NCBI GenBank assembly: GCA_964594985.1 | Contig: CAZQNQ010000006.1 | Location: 1,997 to 65,996 of the forward strand | Direction: 5' to 3' | Length of the DNA: 64,000 bases | Origin: an uncultured Bifidobacterium sp. | Lineage (GTDB): Bacteria > Verrucomicrobiota > Verrucomicrobiia > Limisphaerales > JADLHS01 | Shown here: positions 44,101-52,740 of the stretch, piece after piece | How the letters are laid out: each line of letters opens with the position of its first letter | How positions within the stretch are numbered: position 1 is the stretch's first letter | Position numbers and translations under genes: made by a program | Notes under the pieces: generated by a model | Database searches by the model: none | Seen by the model: only the letters and a program-made list of their open reading frames with translations | Told to the model about the DNA's origin: nothing

Positions 44101-46113
44101 GTTCTGAAAATTGGTCAGGACCAGGCTGGCGGGAAGCGCGACATCATAGATGCGGAATTCATCCATCACGCCGTTGAAGTAGGGATCGGGCCAGACTGAT
44201 TTGCCCAGCCAGTTGTTCACGGTCGGCCCCATGTCGGCGGGCGTGAGCGTCATGTTCGCGTTCATGCTCACCTGCCCCCCGTTCACATACAACCGCGCGA
44301 TGTTGCTGGCGGCGTCCAACGTCCAGACGATGTGCGATTTTTGGCCCACCGCCGGCCGGTTGCCCGCCCACTCCAGCAGTTGCTCGCCGCCATTGCCATT
44401 CAAGGTGATGGCGCCGCGCAGATTTCCGGGACCACCGGGCAGGGCGAGAAACAGATACTGGGTGCCGGTGCCTTGCAAATCCTCCCCGGCGTTGTTGTTG
44501 CCGAAATCAAAGATGCGACCCCAATTACCGCTGCCGTTGTCCGTCACCCAGGTTTCCAAGGTGATCGAAGTGTAGCCCGTGACCAGATTGTTCGGCAGAT
44601 TCACGTAAGCGGACGTGCCGTTGAAGATGACGTTGTTGGTGGCGATGATGGCGCCGCCCTGCAACGTGCCGTGGGCCGTTCCAGCCAGGTCGCTGGCATC
44701 AATGGCGAAGTTGTAGCGGTGCCGTAAATTATTGGTGAGCGGATTGACCACGGTCACCGAGTTGCTGCTGACCTTGCCTTGAAAGCCGGCGATGATCCAC
44801 GCCGAGCCGTAGGTCAATCCCTGCAAGGTGCCGTTGGTGGAAACCGTGATCACGCCGGGCGCGCTGGAAGAATAGGTGGCGAGCGCCGTGACATCGGCCA
44901 CGCTGCCGACCGTGTAGGTGGCCAGCACCGTTGCTTGCGCCGTGCCCCCCAGCGCAATCGGGCTGCCGACCTGCAATGAAATGGATTGAACCACTCCCGG
45001 CGCGATCTGATTTGCAGTGGGGGCATCGGCCAGATTGTAAACAGTCGCTGCGCCGCTGCCCGTGTAGGAATAAACCGTCGCGTAATAGCGGACTCCAGGC
45101 GTCAGGTTGGTGACGGTGACACTGTTGCCCGCGCCGGCGAAGACGACGTAGTTGCTCTCGCCGAGATTTGAGCCGTTGCCGAAGCTGGCATTACCGGTGT
45201 AGGTGTTGCCGTAATTCGGCTGCATGGAAGTCGGTTGACCCGCGCGCATCACCACCACACTGCCCGCGCTGCCGGGGCCAGGCGTCCAGCTCAATGCGAG
45301 GACGTTCGGGTTGGTGTTGATGATCAGGCTGGAGGCGGCATTGGGCGGAGGGACAAACGTATCCGGACCGTTTGACCGGCTGAAGTTGACCTCGTTGGAA
45401 CTCATCGCATGGCTGTAGATGCGGAACTCGTTGTAATCCGCGCTCGCACTGTTGTCCGCCGTGAATTGGGAGCGTCCGAGCCACAGGACGGTGTCGTTCA
45501 CATCGGAGACCGTTGCGGCCCCCGTATCAATCGAACCGTGCAAGACTCCATTACGGTACCAGCGCGCCAACCCGCCCCCGCTGGGGCCGCCGCTGGCGCT
45601 CCAGGTCACCGCATAATGGTATTGATTGCTGACGGTCGTGGTCACCGCCGTGTCCACCCGCCAGATCGGAGCGGAATCATGTTCCATCCGCTGTTGATTC
45701 AGTGAGGTGCTGCCGCGGCAGAAGGAAAGATAAAAATCATTGCCCCCGGTGCCGGTGCCGGCGCCGAAATCAAAAATCCGCGACCATGTCTGGCCGGCGC
45801 GCGGCGTGGCCCAGACTTCGATCGTCACATTGGTCAGGCTGCTGACCAGCCCGCCGGGAAATTGCACATAATCCACTTGGGCCCGGGCGCCGCCGGACAT
45901 GCTGAGGAATCCTGCGCCGCGGGTGTAATCGGTACCGGTGCCGATCACCATCACCGCACCATGAGCAGTCCCGACCGAATCAAAGACATTTGTGCCCGAG
46001 GCTTCGCTGAAACTCCAGCGATGCGTCAATGCGGCAGATGCATTGAGTAACAGGAACGGCCCGGCCAATAGGGCGAGCAACAAATGACCCGGACGGGCCG
46101 CGCGGTATTTCAT
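41182..46113 (-). CDS. Giant secreted multidomain protein: 2 LamG + Ig-like (Big_2/cadherin-like) + PQQ-dependent sugar dehydrogenase-like beta-propeller + two CXXCH haem-binding motifs + C-terminal module
   Basis: Subset of ORF 41182..46236, starting at MKYRAARPGHLLLALLAG. LamG signatures WSRIFDFG/NEFRIY and WGRIFDFG/DEFRIY. SGDH-like MGMAFHPGF...DFNHNGGDLHFGNDGYLYIGTGDEG. Haem motifs CLACH and CVQCH. Confidence 0.8.
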   Translation of the reverse strand: MKYRAARPGHLLLALLAGPFLLLNASAALTHRWSFSEASGTNVFDSVGTAHGAVMVIGTGTDYTRGAGFLSMSGGARAQVDYVQFPGGLVSSLTNVTIEVWATPRAGQTWSRIFDFGAGTGTGGNDFYLSFCRGSTSLNQQRMEHDSAPIWRVDTAVTTTVSNQYHYAVTWSASGGPSGGGLARWYRNGVLHGSIDTGAATVSDVNDTVLWLGRSQFTADNSASADYNEFRIYSHAMSSNEVNFSRSNGPDTFVPPPNAASSLIINTNPNVLALSWTPGPGSAGSVVVMRAGQPTSMQPNYGNTYTGNASFGNGSNLGESNYVVFAGAGNSVTVTNLTPGVRYYATVYSYTGSGAATVYNLADAPTANQIAPGVVQSISLQVGSPIALGGTAQATVLATYTVGSVADVTALATYSSSAPGVITVSTNGTLQGLTYGSAWIIAGFQGKVSSNSVTVVNPLTNNLRHRYNFAIDASDLAGTAHGTLQGGAIIATNNVIFNGTSAYVNLPNNLVTGYTSITLETWVTDNGSGNWGRIFDFGNNNAGEDLQGTGTQYLFLALPGGPGNLRGAITLNGNGGEQLLEWAGNRPAVGQKSHIVWTLDAASNIARLYVNGGQVSMNANMTLTPADMGPTVNNWLGKSVWPDPYFNGVMDEFRIYDVALPASLVLTNFQNGPDALEVAPPTTTADSATLNPGAKVLLDVLANDQGSISSSTVQIVTPPGSGTAVVKSDGKILYTHNNSVTAFDSFTYRVQNFVGSNSAPAAVSLTITNALRLAAPSLALPPTKPPVGFAFEDAFPGLVFEDALAITTPPGRTNQIFVVERRGRISYVPDINAVTPQRLVFLDLVNQMSFDDTAEGERGLMGMAFHPGFATNGYFFVFYTAPGSPYIDRLARFTADPNTLTVNTNTQLRLFDVVDQDFNHNGGDLHFGNDGYLYIGTGDEGQQYNIRQNAQRIDKDLYSALLRIDVDKKPGNPEPKPSANTTTIYTNASGLAYYSIPAGNPFVNATSFLGAAINTNTLRAEIFALGFRHIWRFSIDAPTGDIWVGDVGQDWIEEINIVTNGGNYGWAYHEGWSNAVTLYPTQPTLLSNPPPGFVHAPPFYSYLHTARAGSEPQFKGNSVTGGVVYRGTKIPELTGAYIFGDFESTHIWALWRTNNSVAAVQRLAGVIAPAGFGLDPGNGDVLIANYVMNRIERLIAVPGEDNDFPQKLSDTGAFADLTDLAPSPGVVNYDPIVPFWSDHAIKSRWFGIPNLTDTVTHVADGNWTLPTGMVWVKHFDMELERGNPATKKRLETRFVVKTTNSIYGVSYAWNAAGTEAFLVPDGGTNFSLTITNGLSTLIQQWSIPSRSECLACHTEVGGLALSFNTRQLNQPATMNGHTDNQLALLSAAGYFANPVSAPQTLPAFSRANDASVSLEHRVRSYLSVNCVQCHQPAGSGPSTWDARAWLSLDATKLINGTPYNNGGNPANQLIIPGDTVHSVILQRIRANGFSRMPPLATAVIDESATNLLHTWISTELTNRQSFAQWQLAIFGSTNAANALATADPDGDGANNYYEYLTQTSPTNAVPAPWTIAIDESAGTVGVSFTRVANLGFLVESSSDFANWNLWDVPENTLWFSAANFVDTIAGPLTGETNRFFRVRILEP

Positions 46114-46204
46114 GCGCTGAATCTTAACATGGTGCGCGCTTTTCGATAGACCCCTCAAACGGGGGACACGCTCCCGGGCCTCACCTTGCCGCCGTTCCGG
46201 TGAC

Positions 46205-48643
46205 TCAGCGTTTGAGTCGTAACATTTGGGTGACATTTGTTTTGAGCAACGAAACGCTCCAGCGATCCGCCGTCAGGCTGGGCGGGGCAATCACCGGCGA
46301 CCACGAAACCAGGTCGGAGGAGGCCTCCGCATTGAACCCGACGGCCCACGAGGGCCAGGAGAGCGTGAGCGTGGTTGGGGAGTTGGATTGGGTCAACGTC
46401 ACTGGCAGCGCGAGGGCGTCCGGGCCGAACTGGTAGTTCGCGGCGATCTCTTCCGGCGTGAGGCGGCCGTTGTAGATGCGAAATTCGTCAATCGTCGCGT
46501 TGAGCCAGGCGTCCGCGGTGAAGAGGGAGCGACCGATGAATGACCACGCCGAACTGACGGAGGTAAACGCCGGCCACGTCGCGATCAGGGTGGATTCCAA
46601 AACGCCGTTGGTGTAGATCGCGCTGAAATTGGAAGCCGGGTCCACCACGCAGACGACGTGGAGCGTGCGATTGTCATACGTGCCGGCAACATCAAAAGTG
46701 CGAAGCGTTCCGGTGGACGTTTCAAGGCGATGCCCGCCGAGCCCGTTGTGCGGACTGAAGAAGAAATAATTCTGCCCGTTCCCGCCGGAGATGTTGCCGA
46801 AGTCGAAGACGCGCGCCCAATTTCCATTCACACCGAAGCTCGCCCAGAATTCGATCGAGACAGCGGACGAACCCGAGACCAGGCCGCCGGGCAAATCCAC
46901 GTAGCCGCCGCTTGCGCCGGTGAGTTTCAGCGCATTGTTGGTGACGACGGCGTTGCCTTTGAGCGTGCCGTGCGCCATGCCGACGGAGTCCCACGCATTG
47001 CCGGTGAAGCTGTAACGATGCGCCAGCGCCGGATGCGCCCACGCGAGGTTTTTGATTTCCGCGGCGGAAAGTGCGCGCCCAAAGATGCGGAACGAATCAA
47101 CCCGGCCATTGAACAGCGGGTCGGTGGCGAACTGGCTTTCGCCGATGTAATTGCTGCGCGTGAGCAATTGCCACGGGCGGATGGTCATCAAGCCGTTGGT
47201 CGCGACGGGCAGGCCGTTCTGGTAAAGCACGCCGCGCTGGCCATCGAGCGTGACGGCGACGTGAACCCATGAGTTTGTCGGCAGGGCGGCGGGCGCGTTG
47301 AGCAATTGTTCCCCGCCACCGTTCCTGATGGCAAAGCGCATCACGCCTGTGTTCGCGCGGGGCGTGAGGAATAGATATTTCGTCGTGTTGCTGCCGAAGT
47401 CGAAGATCCGTTGCCAATCACTTCCGCCGTTCCATTTCACCCATGCGGCAAAGGTGCTGGCGTTGGCGACGGCGTTCGGGAGTGAAACATAGTTTGTCGT
47501 GCCGTCGAGCTGGAGCATTTTGCCGCGGCCGGTTTCATTCGTGATGCTCGCGCCGTTTCGCAATGTGCCGTTGTAGAGCGCGCGATGCTCGCGGGCGTCG
47601 GTGTCGAAGGTGAAGAGCGCGCTCCAGTCGTTGGTCAGCGTGGGCCAGCCGTCAGCCAGCCAGGATAGTTGGTTGAGGCCGATGGTCGGCGCGCCGTTGT
47701 TGTTGGCGTCGTAGTAATGGTAGGTGAACCAGTTCGTGCCGTTCTCGCCGAGGATGCCGGGGTGGCCCGGACCGATGAAACGTCCGGTGCTTTCAAGCAA
47801 CACCGTGCCGCCGGTATTCAGCATGTTGTTGCCGTTGTGATCGAGATAGGGGCCGGTGACACTGGTGCTGCGCCCGACGCGGATGTTGTAGGTGCTGTTC
47901 ACGCCCGCGCAGCAACCGCCGTAGTTCAGAAAGAGATAATAGTAACCGCCGCGCTGATGGATGTGCGCGCCTTCAGTCGTGTTGCTGAAGAAGGACGTGC
48001 TGCTGCTGGCGATCTTCGTGCCGATGGACGCGGGGTTCAAGCGCTTGCCGGTGCTGGGATCAATCTGGGTGACGAGGATGCCATCCGAATACGAACCATA
48101 GACCATCCAGATCGTGCCGTTGGTGTCTTGCAGGATGCTCGGGTCAATGCAGTTGAAGGACGTGGTATCCGTCTCGGGCCCGGCTTCCCAAGTCGCATCG
48201 GATTGCACGAACTTGCCCTGATCCGTCCACACGGGCGAAATGAGCGACGGTGAGGTAACGAGGCCGATGGCGGAATCAATCGTGCCCCAACTCGAAATGG
48301 AATAATAGACGTGATACTTGCCGTTGAAATAAGCGACGTCCGGGGCCCAGAAGAATCCGGTGAAGTCGGGCACGGCGTTGGTGGTCCAGGCGGGCGGGCT
48401 GCCCGGGAAGATGCGCTGGCTGTTGCCGCTGTAAGTCCAGGTGCGCAGATCGGTCGAGTATTTACTTTCCAATCCCTGGCTGGTGTAAAAGAGGTAATAG
48501 CGGTTGCCGTCCTTGATCAACGTGGAAGGATCGTGCGCCCCGTTGTTGCCCAGGACCGGAAGCTGGGCGTGGGCCGGTACGGCAAGGAATGTCATTCCCA
48601 GCGACAGGGCCAAGATTTTTGGTGCGGAGGCGATACCACTCAT
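46205..48643 (-). CDS. GH43 (arabinanase-like) catalytic domain fused to two LamG domains and a C-terminal module
   Basis: Signal peptide. GAHDPSTLIKDGNRYYLFYT, FWAPDVAYFNGKYHVYYS and TEGAHIHQRGGYYYLFLNYGGCC (five-bladed propeller GH43 motifs). LamG signatures WQRIFDFG/DSFRIF and WARVFDFG/DEFRIY. Confidence 0.85.
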   Translation of the reverse strand: MSGIASAPKILALSLGMTFLAVPAHAQLPVLGNNGAHDPSTLIKDGNRYYLFYTSQGLESKYSTDLRTWTYSGNSQRIFPGSPPAWTTNAVPDFTGFFWAPDVAYFNGKYHVYYSISSWGTIDSAIGLVTSPSLISPVWTDQGKFVQSDATWEAGPETDTTSFNCIDPSILQDTNGTIWMVYGSYSDGILVTQIDPSTGKRLNPASIGTKIASSSTSFFSNTTEGAHIHQRGGYYYLFLNYGGCCAGVNSTYNIRVGRSTSVTGPYLDHNGNNMLNTGGTVLLESTGRFIGPGHPGILGENGTNWFTYHYYDANNNGAPTIGLNQLSWLADGWPTLTNDWSALFTFDTDAREHRALYNGTLRNGASITNETGRGKMLQLDGTTNYVSLPNAVANASTFAAWVKWNGGSDWQRIFDFGSNTTKYLFLTPRANTGVMRFAIRNGGGEQLLNAPAALPTNSWVHVAVTLDGQRGVLYQNGLPVATNGLMTIRPWQLLTRSNYIGESQFATDPLFNGRVDSFRIFGRALSAAEIKNLAWAHPALAHRYSFTGNAWDSVGMAHGTLKGNAVVTNNALKLTGASGGYVDLPGGLVSGSSAVSIEFWASFGVNGNWARVFDFGNISGGNGQNYFFFSPHNGLGGHRLETSTGTLRTFDVAGTYDNRTLHVVCVVDPASNFSAIYTNGVLESTLIATWPAFTSVSSAWSFIGRSLFTADAWLNATIDEFRIYNGRLTPEEIAANYQFGPDALALPVTLTQSNSPTTLTLSWPSWAVGFNAEASSDLVSWSPVIAPPSLTADRWSVSLLKTNVTQMLRLKR

Positions 48644-48699
48644 TTCCAGTTTAGAGCGTACTGCAAAAAGAATGGCGAAAACTCTGGTCGGACGGGCGG

Positions 48700-48761
48700 C
48701 CCCTCACCCCGGCCCTCTCCCCATCGGATGGGGAGAGGGTGGCCGCAGGCCGGGTGAGGGG
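48700..48761. repeat. 63-bp palindromic element (CCCCTCACCCC family), intergenic copy
   Basis: cccctcaccccggccctctccccatcggatggggagagggtggccgcaggccgggtgagggg, upstream of the GH43-LamG gene. Confidence 0.85.
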
Positions 48762-48937
48762 ATTTTGTTGCCGACATTCTTTTTGAGAACTGTTCTAACA
48801 TCTCTAACGATCTCTAACGGTGCGCCCGTTTGCCTTGGGTCGCGGGTTGTTTCATCGCGACTGGTTCCAAAGAAACGAGGCAGCCTTGCAAGCCTGCCTC
48901 GTTTTGAAAGACACGCCAATTCCCCAAACGGGGGGTG

Positions 48938-49726
48938 TCAGTGCCGGCGCCGCGTGCGCCAGCCGACCCATGCCGCTGCCATGCCCGCCAGCGCGAGGCT
49001 GGTCGGCTCAGGCACAGCGGTGATGATCGTGCCGCCGGGGAGCGTGGTGGTGTCCACGTTGATGGTACCGCTGCCGCCGTAAGCGGTCAGTTGGCCGTTC
49101 GCGATCCACGTCGCGACATTGGCGCTGATGTCTCCACCGCGCACAATCCACGTGCCGGCGCCGATGTCCACGAGGGCGTTGTTCTGGCCGCTGGCGTTCA
49201 GGTTGACGTTGCCGCCGATGTCGAGCGTGCCGCTGGCGAGGTTGATCTTGCCGCCAATCCACGTCCAACCGCGGGCCTTCACGGTGCTGTTGTCGGTGAT
49301 GTTCAGGTTGACGCCGGGGGCGGTGTTGAACCACCAGTTGTCGCCCACCAGGAGTTCGCCGACTTCCAGGTAACCACCGCTGCTCACGTTGATGATCGAG
49401 GGACTGGCGACGGCACCGATGGGAGCGAACACGAAACCGAGACTGGTGAAGCTGCCGCCGGCGATGTTCAGGCTCATGCCCCATTCCGGACCGAAGACGT
49501 CCCCATCGAACGAGGCGACCGAGTTCAGCGTGATGCTGGTGCCGAAGGATTGATTGTTGAGGAACATGTTGCCCTGGCCCGGCGCGGGCAGGATGCCTAG
49601 GCTCCAGTTGCCGGGCGTGGTCCAGAGGCCGTCGCCGGTGGCTCCGGTCCAGTTGTTGTCGGCCTGAGCCGGGGTGGCCAGGCTGACGGCGATCGCCAGC
49701 ATGGCTGTTTGTATTGTTGTTTTCAT
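48938..49726 (-). CDS. PEP-CTERM sorting-domain protein
   Basis: Subset of ORF 48938..49816, starting at MKTTIQTAMLAIAVSLA. The C-terminus is VPEPTSLALAGMAAAWVGWRTRRRH (PEP motif, TM helix, Arg-rich tail). Confidence 0.75.
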   Translation of the reverse strand: MKTTIQTAMLAIAVSLATPAQADNNWTGATGDGLWTTPGNWSLGILPAPGQGNMFLNNQSFGTSITLNSVASFDGDVFGPEWGMSLNIAGGSFTSLGFVFAPIGAVASPSIINVSSGGYLEVGELLVGDNWWFNTAPGVNLNITDNSTVKARGWTWIGGKINLASGTLDIGGNVNLNASGQNNALVDIGAGTWIVRGGDISANVATWIANGQLTAYGGSGTINVDTTTLPGGTIITAVPEPTSLALAGMAAAWVGWRTRRRH

Positions 49727-49764
49727 GGTTGTGGTTTGGTTCTGAGGTTTCTGACTGAGTCGCC

Positions 49765-51744
49765 TTAGTTTTTCAGGCGGAAGTATTGCGCCGCGCCCGA
49801 TTGCGGTACGGTCCACTTGTAGTTGCTGCCATCAATCACCAGCGTGCCGGTGCTGACTTCGGTCCAGTTGGCGGCCGTGCCCAGCGTCGGACTGGCCAAC
49901 AAGGTGACGAGTGCGGAACTCGCCGGCCAAGTCAGGACGATGTTATTTCCGGACACGATGGCGGTGAGCGAGACGCTGGTGTTCGCGCCGACGAGTTGAT
50001 TCGGGCCAAGCAGGGCGTTGGCTTTGATCTGGCCCGGGCTGAGCGGGCCGTTGTAGATGCGGAATTCATCCATCAACATCGCCAGGGGCGGATCGTTGAG
50101 CCATTGGGAGCGCCCGAGATAGTTGAACGGACTGCCGGTGGCGAAGGCGTCGGTCAACGTGACAGTGATGTTCGGGTTGATCGCCGCCTGCACGCCGTTG
50201 GTATAAACGGACAGGTAACCGGCTTCCGGGTGAAAGACGCAGACCAGATGCAGGTTGGTGTAGTTGTCCAACACCGGAGTGAAAGACGGGTTCTGTTCGG
50301 TGCTGCCATCGCGGATGCCCGCTTGCGTCGTCGCCGGGGTGAAGCCGGTGTGCGGCTGGAAGCTGATGTAGTGGTGGCCGTTGGCGCCGTCGTTGTCGCC
50401 GAAGGTGAACAGTACCGCCCAATTGCCGATGGTGCCGAGCGTGACCCAGGTCTCGATGGTCACGGCGTTGAGATTCGTGAGCAGGCCGGCGGGGAATGAA
50501 GCGTAACCATCCACCCCGTTCAATTCCAACTGACCCGCGTTGAAGAGGGCGCTGTTATAAATAGTGACATCGCCGCTCGCGCCGCCGACCGAATCCGCCG
50601 CAGTAGTGCCGCTGGTTTCCGAGAAGCTATACCGATGCGCCATGCTGGTGGGGTTGGTCCAGGCGCTGACGGTGATCGAAACCGAGTTGCTCAAGCTGCC
50701 GATGATGGCCGTGACCGTGGCGGTGCCGGCCCCGGTGGCGCGGATCTGGCCATTGGCGGCGACTGTGACGACGTTGGTGGCGCTGGATTGATAGGTAAGG
50801 TTGGTCGCGGTGCTGGTCACGTTGATATTGGTGGCGACACCGTAGTCCGCAAAGACCAGGGCTTGCTGCAAGCCGCCCACGACCACGTTGGTGCGGGGGA
50901 TTTGAATGCGGACGGCGGTCATGACGCTCGGACCGGTGGCCGTGGTGGTCACGACCGTGCGTTCGGGCCAGTTCACGTCGGCTTCATCAATGACGATCTG
51001 CGACGCGCCAGCCGGCGAGCCGTACACCCACAGAATGCCGCGTGCGATCCAGTCGTTCACTGTCACCGTATAAGTCGCGGGTAACACGAGCTTCGCGCCG
51101 AATTGCAGATTGATGGAACGAGTGGTGTCGTTGTCGAAGCCCCCAGCGAAAACTGGGGTGGCGGCGGCGGGGCCGGCGTTCAAGGCGTTGGTGACGCTTA
51201 CCGTGCCGCCGGGATAGATGTTCAAGCGCGCCCCATGTTGAAACCAGTTCACGCCGACGAAGGCGTTGCTGTAAACGTTCATGACGACGTTTGGCCCGCC
51301 GCCGAACCACCATGCCGTCCCAAGCGCCAACGTGTCGCGCAACGACCAGTAACCGTTGGTCTGGACGTTGACCGTGGTCACGACGGTGTTCAGATCGCCC
51401 CAGACGAACTGGCCAAAGCCGCAGGTTACCGAACCGTAGATGTTGAGCGTCTGGCCCCATAACGGGCCGAAGATGGCGTCGCCGATGTTGACCACGTCGG
51501 ACGCGGCGATGTTGATCGGGACGACCGAGCCGCCGGCATTGACAAAGGTGTCAATGGCGAAGGTGGTGCCGTCCGCTAGCGGCACGACGCCTTGGGTCCA
51601 GTTGGCGGCCTGACTCCACGTGGCTTGGTCGCCTCCGGCGGACCATTGATAATTGGTCGTCTGGCCTTGAGCGACGGTGGCGGTAATTACGCCGGCGGCG
51701 ACGGCGATGCCAGCCAGCAGTCTAAAGAGGTGGGTTGGTTTCAT
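49765..51744 (-). CDS. Secreted protein with N-terminal beta-rich region, Big_2-like Ig domain, LamG domain and C-terminal module
   Basis: Signal peptide MKPTHLFRLLAGIAVAAGV. Big_2-like YQSSATNVVTVAANGQIRATGAGTATVTA. LamG signature WAVLFTFGDN/DEFRIYNGPL. The N-terminal W-x-G...NW motif is shared with the neighbouring PEP-CTERM protein. Confidence 0.65.
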   Translation of the reverse strand: MKPTHLFRLLAGIAVAAGVITATVAQGQTTNYQWSAGGDQATWSQAANWTQGVVPLADGTTFAIDTFVNAGGSVVPINIAASDVVNIGDAIFGPLWGQTLNIYGSVTCGFGQFVWGDLNTVVTTVNVQTNGYWSLRDTLALGTAWWFGGGPNVVMNVYSNAFVGVNWFQHGARLNIYPGGTVSVTNALNAGPAAATPVFAGGFDNDTTRSINLQFGAKLVLPATYTVTVNDWIARGILWVYGSPAGASQIVIDEADVNWPERTVVTTTATGPSVMTAVRIQIPRTNVVVGGLQQALVFADYGVATNINVTSTATNLTYQSSATNVVTVAANGQIRATGAGTATVTAIIGSLSNSVSITVSAWTNPTSMAHRYSFSETSGTTAADSVGGASGDVTIYNSALFNAGQLELNGVDGYASFPAGLLTNLNAVTIETWVTLGTIGNWAVLFTFGDNDGANGHHYISFQPHTGFTPATTQAGIRDGSTEQNPSFTPVLDNYTNLHLVCVFHPEAGYLSVYTNGVQAAINPNITVTLTDAFATGSPFNYLGRSQWLNDPPLAMLMDEFRIYNGPLSPGQIKANALLGPNQLVGANTSVSLTAIVSGNNIVLTWPASSALVTLLASPTLGTAANWTEVSTGTLVIDGSNYKWTVPQSGAAQYFRLKN

Positions 51745-51804
51745 GATATTACAGATGGATTTCGGTTGTTGGGTTGGTTGGTTTGAAAATGAAATAGTTT
51801 CTGG

Positions 51805-52617
51805 TCACCACCAGAAACCGGGACTTGTGCCGCTGGCGCGTTGAGCCATCTCCCGGAATCTTCGCCACTGCACGTGACCGTCCTTAAAGGCGATGTGTCC
51901 ACCGTCGGGTAAACTGCCTTTCAAGTGCGGACTCAGGTGACGCACGGAAAATCCTCCGGTAGTGATGTCGTTAAAGCTGCCGGCCAGCGTCGGATCGGCG
52001 GCGGTCCCGCCCCGATTCTGGCTGATGGTGGCGTCGGCGATCAGCGGACGATCGCTGATCGGCGGGGCCGGATAAACCGTGAAGGCATCCACGCGAGCGG
52101 GTTCGGATTGCAACGTGGTGTTCTGGTTGGAGCGCATCAAGGAAAACTGGGTAACGTTGGTGGCGGGGCCGGTAAATGCCATGACGTAACCGATCACATG
52201 GCTGGAAGCGCTGTTATCGTCGTTGCTCCAGAAATGCCACAGGCTGTTGGGCATGGGGTTGTTGAAGTTCAAGTCATCGTTGAAGCGCGGTGAAGTGCCG
52301 GGACAATAAAAGGTCTTTTTCTTCATGCCGCTCTCAATCATCAGGTTGGCAGTGTTGTTGGGGATGTCCCAAGCCCAAGCGCCGATGATCTCGGGCAGCT
52401 TATCCCGGTTATCCCCGGCATACATCGTCGTCGCGATTGCGAATTGGCGCAGATTGTTGAGGCAGGTGATGCGCTTGGCCTTCTCCTTGGCCTTCGCCAG
52501 CGCCGGCAACAACATCGCCGCCAGAATCGCGATGATCGCAATCACCACCAGTAATTCGATGAGCGTGAAGGCAGAAAGATAACGGGAAAGGCGGTTGACT
52601 GGCTTGAGACTTTGCAT
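51805..52617 (-). CDS. Prepilin-type N-terminal cleavage/methylation domain protein (DUF1559-like)
   Basis: Subset of ORF 51805..52680, starting at [32 protein letters not shown] is the class III signal. The C-terminus [11 protein letters not shown] resembles the H-X9-DG end of the DUF1559 family. Confidence 0.85.
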   Translation of the reverse strand: MQSLKPVNRLSRYLSAFTLIELLVVIAIIAILAAMLLPALAKAKEKAKRITCLNNLRQFAIATTMYAGDNRDKLPEIIGAWAWDIPNNTANLMIESGMKKKTFYCPGTSPRFNDDLNFNNPMPNSLWHFWSNDDNSASSHVIGYVMAFTGPATNVTQFSLMRSNQNTTLQSEPARVDAFTVYPAPPISDRPLIADATISQNRGGTAADPTLAGSFNDITTGGFSVRHLSPHLKGSLPDGGHIAFKDGHVQWRRFREMAQRASGTSPGFWW

Positions 52618-52740
52618 GGCGGTTGTTTCGTGCCGACACCATGCCCGCACCGAGGGATTCGCCCGGGGCGATACAAACAATGTCTGGCTTCAACGGGTAA
52701 TGCGCCGTCCTTGGAGAAAACCCGACAGGAAATCTTGCGA

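Noticed and set aside
9966-48761. Possible CRISPR array, suggested by the recurring 63-bp palindromic repeats
   Set aside because: The copies are kilobases apart (9966, 21375, 37434, 48700), are not regularly spaced, lie partly inside coding genes, and no cas genes are present. They are dispersed REP/MITE-type elements.
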